Assembly: GCA_963717525.1 (NCBI GenBank)
Contig: OY970343.1
Coordinates: 32,001 to 96,000, forward strand
Source of the DNA: an uncultured Methanoregulaceae archaeon
Lineage (GTDB): Archaea > Halobacteriota > Methanomicrobia > Methanomicrobiales > Methanospirillaceae
DNA: 64,000 bases
Direction of reading: 5' to 3'
The first letter of the stretch is position 1; each line of letters opens with the position of its first letter. Made by a program: the position numbers and the translations under genes. A model generated the notes under the pieces. That model was not told the origin of the DNA. It saw nothing but the letters and a program-made list of their open reading frames with translations, and did not search any database. Shown here piece after piece: positions 41,985 through 53,688 of the stretch.

Positions 41985-43116
41985 TTACACAGTTTTGTCC
42001 ATGCAGGCGTTCAGGACATCTTCGACAAAATGGAGCGTGCCACCTGTACCTGCAAGTGGGGGATGTGCAAGCCTGACCTGTCCGCGGAGCGGGGGGATGA
42101 TCCCGACAAAGGCACGGTCGGCGCACAGGGTGCGTTCGAACGAGGATCCTATCACGAGATCCGGTGCGACCTCCGCGATCGTTCGGCCGACCTCTTCAAG
42201 TCCCGCCAGTTTCTCAACCTTGCAGTGCACGCCCGTTTGTGCCGGGGGGTCGTTGCGCGTACCGATGGCAAGGATCTCCGCATCGAGATACCGTTGCAGG
42301 GTGTCAGCGGCAAAGAGAGCATACGCAGCGCCGGCAAAGACCGCAACCCCGGGCGGGTCGTACCGGCGGAGGAACTTGTCGCACGCATGGATCACCCGCT
42401 CCTCCTGCTTATCGAGTTCGGCCAAAACCGGGCCCATGTCAGCACCGTTATACGCCACGGCAAGCCTCTCACAGGTGGCGCGGAGCGCCGGTATCCCGAG
42501 AGTTCCGCCAATGTATCTTCCCGACCCCAGATCCAAAATCCTCGTTTGTACCAACCGTCAGCGGGGACGCGTGTCCCGCCATCCCGGCTAGGTCCCGGCA
42601 GAACACCGTTCCCACGGGGATGCCGGCACAGTGCAGCAGCCGGGAGATCTCCTGTATGTTTCCCTCGTAAAAAGGGTCCGAAAGAGAGACACCATCAATA
42701 TTGACTCCCGGTCGCTCCGAGTCGATCGCCGGGGAAAGCACAGCGAGAGCCGCCCGGTACCCGGCCTCCATCTCCCCGGCAAACCCGGGGCTGTCGACAA
42801 CAATAATGTCCTTTTCGTCAACCATCGATTTTATGTCCTCCCCAAGGGCGGAAGGAACACAGGTGGTGATTACGGCTATCCGGCCTCCCCTGCCGGAAAG
42901 ATCGCCGATCACCTCACGAAGCCGGTCACCTGACCCGAAAATCACCTCGTTTTCGAGGATGAATGTACTGTGCAGGGGGGCGTGGAGGAGGGTCGCCGGA
43001 TAATAATAGCACCCGCTCGACCCGTGGATGACAACCGTGATCCCTTCAAACCCGGCAAGGCAGGCTGCTGCCCCGGTCATGGCGCAGGGCCACAGGGGAG
43101 TCCCGCACTCAGGCAT
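41985..43116 (-). CDS. nitrogenase component I-like subunit (NifK/N-like); frameshift at ~42515
   Basis: WPCAMTGA, IHGSSGCYYY, EVIFG, TTCVPSALGEDI; C-terminal PDLVIGSSFE...LAGTGG in the second frame. Confidence 0.75.
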
Positions 43117-44149
43117 GGAGTGCCCTCCTCCATCGGTGAAGCATCCGCCGCACGCCGGTAATACCAATCGGCGGCGTCACGGGCACGGGCACCGGGCGTC
43201 CGGTTGAGGTGATGTCGAGCCGGAGGGCCTGTGCAATATCCTGTGCCACCCGGCCGCCTTCCGGATCGGGGGGATGCGGGAAAAAGGAGACCCCCAGACC
43301 CGCAATGTCCGCAAAATCGTCAAGGGTCTCCTGCCGGAGTGCATGTTCCTCATCCAACGCATGCCGGGGGTCGATCCCGCTGGCACCGGCAACAGATTCA
43401 AGAAATGCGATGGTTCCGGAGATCCCCACAGGATATCCCGGAATATAAGGGGTCCCAAAGCGCTCCCTGAGGTGTTCTCCGACAGGAATTAGGGAAGGAT
43501 CCCGGAGCACGTTGAGCCAGGCAGCCCCCAGTGATGCTATCTGCCTGGTGGTAACGTCATGGACAAACCGGACATTCACGGAGAGGCCAAGCAGGGTGAG
43601 TAGCCGGGAGACCTCGGCGAAATTCTCATCAACCTCGTATTCGAGGTTTTTCTCCCCGATGATATTCACCCTTCCGTTTCCCGTGGCCGGCTCTGCAAGC
43701 CCGGCAAGGGCAACAAGCGCATTGTTGACGCCGGTCTGGAACGATCCTCCGAGGAAGCCGGCGGTCGGGACAACGATAACCGGCACCCCGGCCTTTGAAC
43801 CGCAGACCATCCCGACATCGTCGCCAATGGTATCCACGATACAGGTAGAGAGCACAAAAACAGCCCCGGGATCGCGTGCGATCACCTGATCGAGTGTATG
43901 GTCAAGCGCCCCCTCGCCGCCGAAGATCACATCGGTCTCCGAGAGCCCGGTCGAAACAAGGGGGGGCAGGGAGACATGGTCATTATCGAGGCTTGTCGCG
44001 TGCAGGAGGGAAAAATTGTGATGTGTACATCCCGCCGGACCGTGTACGACCGTGATCGCATCGCAGACATGGGTGGTCACCGACAGTGCGCCGGTGAGGG
44101 TGCAGCCGGCAGATCTACATAAATTCGATGGCGAGGGCCTCAAGGTCAT
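43109..44149 (-). CDS. nitrogenase component I-like subunit (NifD/E-like, short)
   Basis: [41 protein letters not shown]. Confidence 0.8.
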   Translation of the reverse strand: MTLRPSPSNLCRSAGCTLTGALSVTTHVCDAITVVHGPAGCTHHNFSLLHATSLDNDHVSLPPLVSTGLSETDVIFGGEGALDHTLDQVIARDPGAVFVLSTCIVDTIGDDVGMVCGSKAGVPVIVVPTAGFLGGSFQTGVNNALVALAGLAEPATGNGRVNIIGEKNLEYEVDENFAEVSRLLTLLGLSVNVRFVHDVTTRQIASLGAAWLNVLRDPSLIPVGEHLRERFGTPYIPGYPVGISGTIAFLESVAGASGIDPRHALDEEHALRQETLDDFADIAGLGVSFFPHPPDPEGGRVAQDIAQALRLDITSTGRPVPVPVTPPIGITGVRRMLHRWRRALHA

Positions 44150-44930
44150 CAATCTCGAGCGGGGTGGGGATGGTAAACCGGGTATTCTCCATCACCCGGG
44201 CGGCAAGATCCCGGTATACCGTTGCCTGCGCTGAAGCAGGCTCGTATTCGATCACTGTTTTACGGTTCAGCTCGGCGAGCTGCACGGTACGGTCCCGTGG
44301 GATGAACTGGACAAGGTGGCTGTTAACCCGGCGGGCAAATTCGGCCACCAGCTCCTCCTCCTTCGGCTGGTTCTTTGCGTTGCAGATAACACCGGCAAGC
44401 CGGCACCTGCTTTTCGGCCGGGAACTGAGGCGCTGGATCGCCTTGCAGATGTTATTGGCCGCGTACAGGGACATGAGTTCTCCCGAGGTCACGAGATAAA
44501 CTTCCTGCGCGTACCCCTCCCTCATCGGCATGGCAAAGCCGCCGCAGACCACGTCACCCAGCACATCGTAGACGATCACGTCGCCTGTGAGCGTCCCGAA
44601 CTTCTCCAAAAGCTGGAAGGTGGCGATGATCCCCCGGCCGGCGCAGCCGACGCCGGGCTCCGGCCCCCCGGCCTCGACGCAGCGGACCCCGTTAAAACCG
44701 GTATAGACTACATCGGCGGGTGATACCGATTCAGCACCCTGCTCGCGCACCAGGTCCATCACGGTCGGGATCAGCCGTCCCTGCATCAGCATGCGGGTGC
44801 TGTCGCGCTTGGGATCGCAGCCTATCTGGAGGATATCGTACCCTGCAAGCGAGAGGGCAGCGGAAAGGTTTGCCGATGTCGTGGACTTTCCGATACCGCC
44901 TTTTCCGTACAGGGCGATCTGTTTCATCAC
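44115..44930 (-). CDS. nifH: NifH-like Fe-protein reductase (group IV-like)
   Basis: [40 protein letters not shown]. Confidence 0.9.
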   Translation of the reverse strand: MMKQIALYGKGGIGKSTTSANLSAALSLAGYDILQIGCDPKRDSTRMLMQGRLIPTVMDLVREQGAESVSPADVVYTGFNGVRCVEAGGPEPGVGCAGRGIIATFQLLEKFGTLTGDVIVYDVLGDVVCGGFAMPMREGYAQEVYLVTSGELMSLYAANNICKAIQRLSSRPKSRCRLAGVICNAKNQPKEEELVAEFARRVNSHLVQFIPRDRTVQLAELNRKTVIEYEPASAQATVYRDLAARVMENTRFTIPTPLEIDDLEALAIEFM

Positions 44931-45061
44931 CGTACTATGGGCCGGTAGTTTATATTAGATCTTCTGAAGTTAACAAAAGTAGATTTGCGTTTATGGCCCG
45001 CATGCGCTGGTCGGAGCCCCGGAACAGCGGCGAAAATCGATAAAAAGAGAGATGAACCGGG

Positions 45062-45442
45062 TTATGCCTTGTTGGTCCAGAGCCCGTGGACGCTGCAGAA
45101 TTCCCGGGCTTTCACGTTTGTATCATTGATCGGGAACTCTGCTTCAGGTTTCTCGCCGGGTTTGAGCCATCTGATATACGCATTGTCGCCGTAACGGACC
45201 TCGATCCACTGGATGTAGTGCTTCTCTTCCATCGGGTGGGGCACGGAACCGACTTTCACAAGAATTCCTTTTGCAGTCTTCTCTATCACCGGCACATGCT
45301 TCTCCTTGCCCTGGTCAGTGGTCTTTTCCTGCTGGAGGACCATCGGCTTCCCGCAGCACACCATCGTACCGCCGGATGCTCCGACTACCATCACGGTGTT
45401 CCCGCAGACCTCGCACTTGTAAACCTCGAAGAGTTTTGTCAT
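45062..45442 (-). CDS. dfx: desulfoferrodoxin (superoxide reductase)
   Basis: CEVCGN, CCGKPM, EKHVP, HPM..HYI, CSVHGLW. Confidence 0.93.
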   Translation of the reverse strand: MTKLFEVYKCEVCGNTVMVVGASGGTMVCCGKPMVLQQEKTTDQGKEKHVPVIEKTAKGILVKVGSVPHPMEEKHYIQWIEVRYGDNAYIRWLKPGEKPEAEFPINDTNVKAREFCSVHGLWTNKA

Positions 45443-45459
45443 ATCGGCTGCTCCTTTTC

Positions 45460-46645
45460 TTACACGATGTTAATCTCTTTATGCTTCTTTAAGATTTCGT
45501 CGGCAAGCCGGTCAAGGGCCTGCATCGTCTCTTCACCGGGTTCGCCCAGTACCATGACCGGCGGGATCAGCTCGATTTTGATATGATCCAGCATCTTAGT
45601 GATCGTCTCGACGCTCTTGCCACCCCACCCATAGGAACCGATGACGGAGGCAAACCGGGTCTTGGGCCGGAGGGTGTTCGTGAGGTATGTCGCGGAGACA
45701 ACAGACGGGTGCGGGCCGAAGAGGACGGTCGGGGTAGCGATCACGACCGTGGCCGCGTCGACAAGGGCGAGAGCAAGTTCGCCGATGTCTGTCCGGGTGA
45801 GGTTAAAGGGTTTCACAACGATCCCCCGGGTGATGAGCGCCCCGGTGAGGTGATCCACCATCTTTGCGGTGCTGCCATGCATCGAAACGTACGGGATGAC
45901 CACCTCGTTTCTGACCGTATCCGATACCCAGTCCGCGTACGCGTCGAGGATAAACTGCGGATTCTTGTTGACCGGGCCATGGCTGGGTGCGATCATCGTT
46001 GGTGAGAGGGCCCTTACTTTCTCCACGTAGCCTTTGATGCTCCCGCGGAACGGCATCATGATCTCCGCATAATACCTTTTTGCCGAACGGCATGCCCATG
46101 CTTCATCCGTGATAAACAATTCAGTTGTGGCAGCGTGGAATCCGAACAGGTCACAGGGGAAGAGGATCTTATCCTCGACGAGGAACGTGATCTGGGTCTC
46201 GGGCCAGTGCGTCCATGGCGTAATGAAGAACCGGAGCGTCCGGTCGCCGAGTGACAGTGTCTCCCCGTCCACTATCCCCTTAAAGCGTTCCTGAGGGACA
46301 TGCAGCAGGGCAACAAGGAGATCCCGGCACTTGGCATTCGTGACCACCTGTGCTTCCGGGTAGAACTCCAGGATCATCGGAAGTGAACCGGAGTGGTCCT
46401 GCTCGGCATGGTTGATCACGACATAATCGATGCGTTCCACGCCTAGTTTCACGAGGTTTGAGATCAGATCGTATTCCTTCGAGGGATCGACCGTATCGAT
46501 AAGGGCAGTCTTCCCGCTGCCCTTGATAAGGTACGCGTTGTAACTCGTCCCTTCCGGCAGCGGGATCAGCTCATCAAAGATCCGCCGGTCAACATCAAAA
46601 GCCCCGACAGAATGTACCTCCAGAAACAAGTTCACGGGAGACCAT
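45460..46645 (-). CDS. fprA: FprA flavodiiron protein; frameshift at ~46618
   Basis: GTSYNAY, NHAEQDHSG, HWPE, PSHG, SMHGST, GSYGWGG. The real start MVSREL is at 46645. Confidence 0.88.
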
Positions 46646-46908
46646 AATAACCACCAGCATTTAACCGGCTGTGTTAAACTGGTTTTTCGGCACAACAGGC
46701 CGGCCATATCCAGTCTTACTTGCCGGACGTCATCCTCGAGACCGGCCTGCTTTCCTTAAAGCGGCTCGCGTTTTGGGGTTAGGGACAGGACAGATTATGC
46801 ATAGGTACCGGTCCACTAAAACCATATTCTCTCCTGACAGGTAGATGTAGAGTACCGCAGGGAATAACCGTTTCGATAGTGCTCACGAAGGGTTATTGTG
46901 CTGTTTTC

Positions 46909-47418
46909 CTAGGGAATAATGCCCCATACAGGAAGACCGGAGTTCAAAAGGACGATCTGCAGATTGGCATAGCAGATAATCAGCATCAGGATCAGGCACG
47001 GGACCATAAAGAATGCAGAAGTCACCGCAGATCGCAGGCTCTGTACAAGTGTGCAGACCATCACGGCGACGACCATCACCATGATGACGAACGCAAAGAA
47101 GAGTGCCTGAAGGAAGAAGAAGGAACCAAACCAGAGTAAAAATACGATAAGTGTGAACACAAAGAGATGTAATGCTGCCCTGACTTCGTTATGGTTGAGC
47201 CCGGCGTTCCATATGGAATACAGCGAGAGGCCTAGGAGACAGAAGATGATAATGATTGCATAAAAGACAATAAGGTTTGAGGGAAGAAAATCGGGCTTTT
47301 TCAGGCTGGAGTACCACCCGGGTATCGACGTAGTGAAGAGATAAAGAGCCACATACCCCGGAATAAGACATGCTACAAGGGATGCAATAAGCCTGCCGTA
47401 ATGATGCTCTTTTTTCAT
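46909..47418 (-). CDS. TspO/MBR family protein
   Basis: WYSSLKKPDFLP motif and 5 TM helices. Confidence 0.75.
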   Translation of the reverse strand: MKKEHHYGRLIASLVACLIPGYVALYLFTTSIPGWYSSLKKPDFLPSNLIVFYAIIIIFCLLGLSLYSIWNAGLNHNEVRAALHLFVFTLIVFLLWFGSFFFLQALFFAFVIMVMVVAVMVCTLVQSLRSAVTSAFFMVPCLILMLIICYANLQIVLLNSGLPVWGIIP

Positions 47419-47679
47419 TGTATGAGCGGTATATTGCTCCCGGAGGGGTATAAAGATTATGAATCTTGTCATGGGCAGATCGTCCTTCCTGCCGATGAGA
47501 GATCAGGTAAAAACGGGGTCTGTTACCGGTTATCACCTTCATGCACCTCCTCTACGAAGAAACCGGGAGATCATCCTCGCGTGAGGTGCCCGGAGGTCTT
47601 CTTCAGGATTCAGCTGGAGGTACGGCACATGGACCGGGTGCAGGGATCGCCCCAAGTTTGTGTAACGGCCTGAAAAAAA

Positions 47680-48650
47680 TTATGATGTGGCGTTGTTGAT
47701 GGTAAACGACGAAGTCAGTGATCCAGTCGTACCGTCAGAAGTTATAACCTGGACATTATATACTCCCGGGGTTGCCGAATCAGGTATTGCGAGGGTGCAG
47801 CTGATCGAGGTTGACCCGCTAACTGCGGGGTTTGTACAGGGAATCTGCGTCAACCCGTCAGAGGAAACCAGGTTCACCAGTTGTGCATTTGTAAAGGTCT
47901 GTCCATTAAGGGTCAGGGTATATGAAGATCCAGGGTTTCCGCTCGTGGGAGTGATACTGCTGATAGTCGGTGACGCAAGACCGATGGTAAATGCGCTCAT
48001 AAGTGACATGGATTGCCCATCAGGATTGATGACCTGGATATTTGCCGGGCCTGCATTCAGGCCAGCTAGGTTAACGGAACAGGTAATCTGCGTGGAGGTT
48101 ACCGAAACGCCTGAGGCTGTGACCGGCTGGAGCCCCGGCTGGATCAGGCGGACCGTTGCCCCGTTCACGAAGTTGCTCCCGGTAATAGTAAGGGAAACAC
48201 TCGTACCGATCGCGCCGGTTGTGGGGGATACCGTGGACGCGATCGGCCCGTTGCCCGAGGGGGTGGTCGTCACCGCGGTGGGGACGGTTGGGGTTGCGTA
48301 GGTGACCGATGCGACAGAGACCTGGGTGAGTAAGACCGGATATAATTTCTCCGTATCGATACGGGTGTCAGTTGTTGTTATTCCCGTTTCTTGGCTCCAT
48401 GTGCCGTCAGAATTTTTCTCAACCAGCACACGCCCGTACAGGTCACTGGTAGAATCATAGGATGTGATAAGCCAGATGAGCGATGACGCGTTATTTGTAA
48501 CAATATCCCCGGCTGAGTATTTTGCCCGGCCGGTGTGGCAGGGACGGTAGCGGTCTTTGTGGCGGTACTCTGGCTTGAACAGCCGGCGAGAAGTACACAC
48601 ACGATAAGAAGCAGACCCAGCAGGAGTCCGTAACAAGATTTTGCTGTCAT
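47680..48650 (-). CDS. lipoprotein with two IPT/TIG domains; frameshift at ~48528
   Basis: LAGC lipobox; VSPTTG...TITGSNF, PTISSITPTSG. Confidence 0.75.
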
Positions 48651-48808
48651 GACATTACGTTCTGCGCACAGAAGGATAAAAATTTGGTTTGGCAGAACTG
48701 CAGCCTGCCATGCCAGTTAACCTGCATCTCTCATCAGGTTATACTCCCTTTTATCGTGCCCTGGATGCGGTTTTAAGCGTCCGGGCAAGCACGTGTTCCT
48801 TTACCCGG

Positions 48809-49644
48809 CTATTTTTCCGGCAGCACGATGGTTGTATAGTGGCGGGAGAAGTGCCAATGTACTATTATGAGGACAACCGTGACCACAATCCCGCAGAGAA
48901 TTACGACCGGGCTGATCGGGCCGAGATACGCCGGATCGATACGGGCGTTCAGGAAGACAACGAGACCTGAGGTGACCACAATAATGGTCGCATAGACATC
49001 ACGGACGGCAAAGAAAAAGAATGCAGCTATGCAGCCGGCCACAAAAAACCCGGTAAAGACTCCCGGAAGTCCGGGCCGGCAAACAGGATCGACAGGGAGA
49101 GGGCAAAGATGAGTGCCGTTATCACTACCCCGGTAATGACAGAGACTATCACACCCTCGCTGCGGAAATAGGCCTGGACATGGGTCCCGACGAGCACCCA
49201 GCAGATCATCACTGTTGCGATAGCTATAGGGAGAAGGAGCATGAAGAGCGTGGCGCACTCCACCCGGTTAAGGCCCTCTATACCCGGCGTGCCCGTGATG
49301 ATAAAGAAGGCATACCCGGCAAGGGCAGTGAGGCTGACGGCAGCCACCGTGCGGCGTGCTGACCGGAAACCGATCTGGAACATGTTGACGGCCCCCGAAA
49401 GGAACGCAGCCCGTATCCGCACGATGGGTACAATGATACCTACAAGGATTCCGGCAAGGACGGTGTAGAGCACAAGACCCGGAACACTTGCCTGCTGGAA
49501 GAGGCGGGTGGTTCCGGCAAGCAGGTAATTTTCCAGCAGCCAGATAAGGACAATAACAAGGGGGGTAAGGACCAGGGTCACCAGGGAAGAATACCGGGAA
49601 CCCTGCTGTGATCCTGTCGCGTCGTCTGTTCTGGTTTCGTCCAT
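48809..49644 (-). CDS. polytopic membrane protein; frameshift at ~49046
   Basis: Two overlapping hydrophobic frames join at PGF(F)VAG. Confidence 0.6.
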
Positions 49645-49723
49645 GTGCCCATTCCCGTCGCGGCCCCCGGTCATGTGACATCATTACCCGTGACGCCGGG
49701 CCGATACCGTGCCGGGATAATCG

Positions 49724-50572
49724 TCACTTCGCAGCTTCAAAAAGGTCACGGATCCGGCGCGTACGGTCCTCGGGTGCGAGATCCCGGGTCGGATACCGGT
49801 CGTCGAAGGTGGGGAAGGCCCGCTCGTAAAACACCCCGAGCGCGATGGGGGCGTCGCGGTTATAGTCCCATTCCCGTGCTTTTGCACACGCCTTCTCAAA
49901 ATCAGCGGTATCGTGACCGGCAAGGTCGTACACCCGGGACTGGTAGTAATCGGTCATGTTAAAGAAGCTCGCGCAGATCTGGAGGACATCGATAAAGGCA
50001 AAACCCTTGTGGGCAATTCCCTGGTGGATCAGCTGCGCCAGCTGTGGCATCTTTTTCGTGTATCCCCGCGCGATGTAGGTGGCTCCACCTGCAAGCATCA
50101 GTTCCAGGGGGTTGAACGGGTACTCGGTCGTTCCTGCCGGGGTGGATTTTCCCCTGAACCCCAGGGGAGACGTGGGGGTGTACTGCCCGGTAGTGAGGCC
50201 ATAGACCCGGTTGTTGTGGACGATCATCGTGATATCGATATTTCTCTTTGCGGCAAAGATCAGGTGGTCGAGACCCTCGGCGTACGCATCCCCGTCTCCT
50301 GCGCAACAGATGACCGTCAGCCTGGGATTGGCAAGCTTGATCCCCGTCGCCACCGGGATCGTCCGCCCGTGGAGCGTATAGACCGAATTGATGGCGAGGT
50401 AATCGGCCATCTTCGCATGGCACCCGATCCCCGTAACCAGCACCACGTCGTCCAGGGACCCGCCCTCTTTTTCGAGGCCGGCAAGGAGGTCCTTGAGCGT
50501 ATGCTGGAGGGCGAAGTTGCCGCAGCCGGGACACCAGGTGTTCTGCGCAGGAGTGATCAGGTTCCGGGTCAT
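49724..50572 (-). CDS. korB: 2-oxoacid:ferredoxin oxidoreductase beta subunit
   Basis: WCPGCG, GIGC, HGR, GDGD, NNRVYGLTTGQ. Confidence 0.88.
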   Translation of the reverse strand: MTRNLITPAQNTWCPGCGNFALQHTLKDLLAGLEKEGGSLDDVVLVTGIGCHAKMADYLAINSVYTLHGRTIPVATGIKLANPRLTVICCAGDGDAYAEGLDHLIFAAKRNIDITMIVHNNRVYGLTTGQYTPTSPLGFRGKSTPAGTTEYPFNPLELMLAGGATYIARGYTKKMPQLAQLIHQGIAHKGFAFIDVLQICASFFNMTDYYQSRVYDLAGHDTADFEKACAKAREWDYNRDAPIALGVFYERAFPTFDDRYPTRDLAPEDRTRRIRDLFEAAK

Positions 50573-52227
50573 GGGGTGATCACCTCCTGCACCCGTCGGG
50601 CCAGTTCTTCAGGAGTGAAGGGGCGGCCATCATATTTGAGGATCGTTGCCTCAGCCCCCACGCCGTGCTCCCGGGCAAGTGCAGCGAGCTGCCCGGTGGC
50701 ATTTTCCTCGACAGCAATCAGGTGCTTCACCCCGTGGCATGCAGCAGAAAACTGCTGGTCCGGGAAGGGGAAGAGCACCACGGGCTGGATAACCCGCAGC
50801 CCAAGCCGCGCTGCCATTTCGTCGCAGGCATTGCGGACCGAGCCCCAGCAGAGGAGGGCGGTCGTGGCATCGGCTGTGCCCCGGACGCTGACACACGGGT
50901 ACTGGTTCAGCTCATCCCTGAGTCCCGTCTCCTTTCTCCGGCGTTTCTCGGTCATCCGGGTAACCAGTGCCGCGTCCTCGGTGGTAATCCCGTCCTCGTC
51001 ATGTGCATAGCTGTTCACCTTGACCACCGCGTCTTTCCTGCCCGGGAAAGCGAGGGAGGAGATTCCTGTTGGGGTATCGAGGTACCTCCGGTAGGGACCT
51101 TCCCCGTCCCAGAGCACGGGAGTTGGGGCCGGCAGAGCACCGAGTTTTTCGTAATCGAGGCTGTAGGTTCCTTCAGAAAGGGTCTTGTCGGCGAGCACGA
51201 ATGCCGGAATCTGGTATTTCCATGAAAGGTGGATCGCAGCGGTCGACCAGAGATATGCCTCACCGGGATCGGCAGGTGCTACGACAAGCCGGGGAAACTC
51301 GCCCTGCCCGGCATGCAGGACGAACCGGAGATCCGCCTGGCCGGTGTAGGTTGGGAGGCCGGTTGACGGCCCTGTTCTCTGGGAGACCACGATCACGATC
51401 GGGATCTCGGCCATACCAGCAAACGACACCCCTTCGGTCATCAGGCAGAACCCGCCTCCCGATGTCCCGACCGCTGTTTTTGCCCCGGCGGTCGCGCTCC
51501 CGAGGCCCATCAGGATGACAGCGATCTCGTTCTCCGGGTGGATCACCTTCATTCCGAAACGCTCCGCATTCCCCGCAAGGAAGTGGAGCAGGGTTGAGGC
51601 CGGCGTCATCGGGTAGGCAATATACGCAGAAAGGCCGCCGGCGACAAGGCCAAGCCCGATCGCCTCGTTGCCGGAGAACAGGCTGTGCGCCGGGCCGGGA
51701 ATCGCCGGTACCGGCCGGGCGGTCTGTACCTGGTCATACGCCCTCTTCGCAACCCTGATGTTCTCGTCTGCCGCCTTTGGCATATGCCGGTGGAACACTT
51801 CCGCGACGATCTCCCAGGAAATGCCTGCAGATTTTGCAAAAGCTCCGATCATCGCCGAGTTCCCGGTGATGGGTGGCGCGGATTCCTCCTTTATGATGGC
51901 ATTTACGGAAACGGTCTGGCCGCGTGGCAGTGATTTTACCTGGTCCGCGTTTGCCACTACGGTGCAATCCGGGCAGTGCGGGAGGTGCAGGGTGACGGTC
52001 TCCTGGTTGAGTGCCACAAGGTAATCGATACGGTCGTTGTATGCACCGACGGGTGTATCCGCCGCACGTATAAGGGCAAAATTGTGGCCCCCGCGGATGA
52101 GCGATGGGTAATCGGTATACATATAGACATAATAGCCGAGATGGTTGAAGAGCTGGGCAACCAGTGCCCCGGCGTTGTTGATCCCGTCACCGGCCCTGCC
52201 GCCTACGAGCACGGATACTTCCTTCAT
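50569..52227 (-). CDS. korA: 2-oxoacid:ferredoxin oxidoreductase alpha subunit (gamma-alpha fusion)
   Basis: GGRAGDG, IRGGHN, GNEAIG, YPMTPAS, ENEIA, TSGGGF, GPSTGLPT. Confidence 0.88.
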   Translation of the reverse strand: MKEVSVLVGGRAGDGINNAGALVAQLFNHLGYYVYMYTDYPSLIRGGHNFALIRAADTPVGAYNDRIDYLVALNQETVTLHLPHCPDCTVVANADQVKSLPRGQTVSVNAIIKEESAPPITGNSAMIGAFAKSAGISWEIVAEVFHRHMPKAADENIRVAKRAYDQVQTARPVPAIPGPAHSLFSGNEAIGLGLVAGGLSAYIAYPMTPASTLLHFLAGNAERFGMKVIHPENEIAVILMGLGSATAGAKTAVGTSGGGFCLMTEGVSFAGMAEIPIVIVVSQRTGPSTGLPTYTGQADLRFVLHAGQGEFPRLVVAPADPGEAYLWSTAAIHLSWKYQIPAFVLADKTLSEGTYSLDYEKLGALPAPTPVLWDGEGPYRRYLDTPTGISSLAFPGRKDAVVKVNSYAHDEDGITTEDAALVTRMTEKRRRKETGLRDELNQYPCVSVRGTADATTALLCWGSVRNACDEMAARLGLRVIQPVVLFPFPDQQFSAACHGVKHLIAVEENATGQLAALAREHGVGAEATILKYDGRPFTPEELARRVQEVITP

Positions 52228-52319
52228 AGAGATTCCCTTCACATCTCTGGTGTTTCCGGGAACGGTATATAGGTTGGGATAGGTGCGATCTTCGGGATTA
52301 TTTGTCTTTAAAAAAAGCG

Positions 52320-52709
52320 TTAATTCTTCTGGATCATGCTCTCAAGCAGCGTTTTCATCTCGTTGATCCGGTAGGGTTTGGTGAGCCTGCCGGAAAAGCC
52401 ATAATTTGCATAATCCTGCATGACAGGGTCATTGGTATATCCGCTTGACACGATGGCCTTGACGCCGGGATCATAGCTGCGGAGTTTCTCCACGGTCTCC
52501 CGGCCGCCCATCCCTTCGGGAATGGTGAGGTCGATAATGACAAGATCAAACGGCCGGCCCGCCTCATTTTCCTGTCTGTACAGCCCGATCGCTGCTCCCC
52601 CCTCTTTTGCAAAGGCAGCATCGTACCCGAGGAACCGGAGAACCTCCCGGGAAACATCAAGAATGATCTCCTCATCATCCATCAGGAGCACCTTTCCTTT
52701 ACCTGCCAT
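52320..52709 (-). CDS. stand-alone response regulator receiver
   Basis: LLMDDE, IIDLTIP, SSGY, LTKPY. Confidence 0.88.
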   Translation of the reverse strand: MAGKGKVLLMDDEEIILDVSREVLRFLGYDAAFAKEGGAAIGLYRQENEAGRPFDLVIIDLTIPEGMGGRETVEKLRSYDPGVKAIVSSGYTNDPVMQDYANYGFSGRLTKPYRINEMKTLLESMIQKN

Positions 52710-52859
52710 TCTTTTCTCCTCTCGTGTAATACTTCACCGAGGCGTACTATATAGTTTCCCCCGTCGCAGGTGCGTGGACCGCCGGGACCGGCAGGGATCC
52801 TGCCCCTCCTTCACTGGCCGGGAAGGCAGATCGGGCCGGAGTACCGGTACGCTTCATCG

Positions 52860-53141
52860 TTATTTTGCTTTTTTCAGTGCCCGCAGCCGTGCGGCCTCTT
52901 CTGCATCCTGTACCCGCAGGAGGAAGGTCCCGTGGCAGGGCTTGGTGTACGGGAAGATGACAAAATCCCCGTCAAGGCCGACCGCGATAGGGGGGACACC
53001 AATAGTATGGACATCAAATATCTTGAATCCCGGTTCGACATCGATCGATTCGGAAAAATGACTTTTGATATACTCCCGGCATTCCTTGAAGGACGCGTCG
53101 CGGATCAGGATCTCGTAATTGAGCGCTTCTACGCAGCCCAT
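52860..53141 (-). CDS. DUF1894 family protein
   Basis: MGCVEALNYEIL...FPYTKPCHGTF. Confidence 0.75.
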   Translation of the reverse strand: MGCVEALNYEILIRDASFKECREYIKSHFSESIDVEPGFKIFDVHTIGVPPIAVGLDGDFVIFPYTKPCHGTFLLRVQDAEEAARLRALKKAK

Positions 53142-53600
53142 GGTGCCACCTCGTCGATCGCTTTTTTCAGCGGCAGGGGATTGTGCACGGCCTTTGCCGC
53201 AATTTTTGTACAGGGGAAGGTGATCTGGCCAACCAGATCTTCCTGATGCTCGCCATAGATCAGGACAAAAAGGCGTGCTTTGGAGATTGCAGCCATCGTT
53301 GCCGCGTAGCTGATCCCTGCATCGTTGTGGATGAACACAAAACACTGGTCAAAATCCCGTTTCTTCTCGACGATTTGGGCGACAACCCGGTCAAGGTCCG
53401 TAACCTCCCCCAGGTAGTGCCGGTCGGGATCGGCAACGAAAAGCAGGGTGTTTGCCGCCTTGTTCCCGGCGATTATCGGGGTTATTCCCGAGGATTTGAG
53501 CCGGCTTATCAGGGTACAGCGCGATACTTGTCTGCACGGGCACCTGCGGGCACCCCAGAACGAGAAGGGCAGTTTTCGAAGAGTGGGTATCTGGTTCCAT
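53129..53600 (-). CDS. DUF1890 family protein; frameshift at ~53513
   Basis: LLVLGCPQVPVQ, ADPDRHY, FIHNDAG, AVHNPLPL. Confidence 0.75.
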
Positions 53601-53688
53601 GACCGGCACCGGTTATTTATACAGCTATTTTCGCCCGAGGCAATAATCCTGTGTATCCTTCCCCATCGAACCTCATGAGGGGAACGGA

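Noticed and set aside
41985..44930. Nitrogen fixation (nifHDK)
   Set aside because: The subunits are too short, there is no FeMo-co Cys ligand, and no nifENB/nifI is present.
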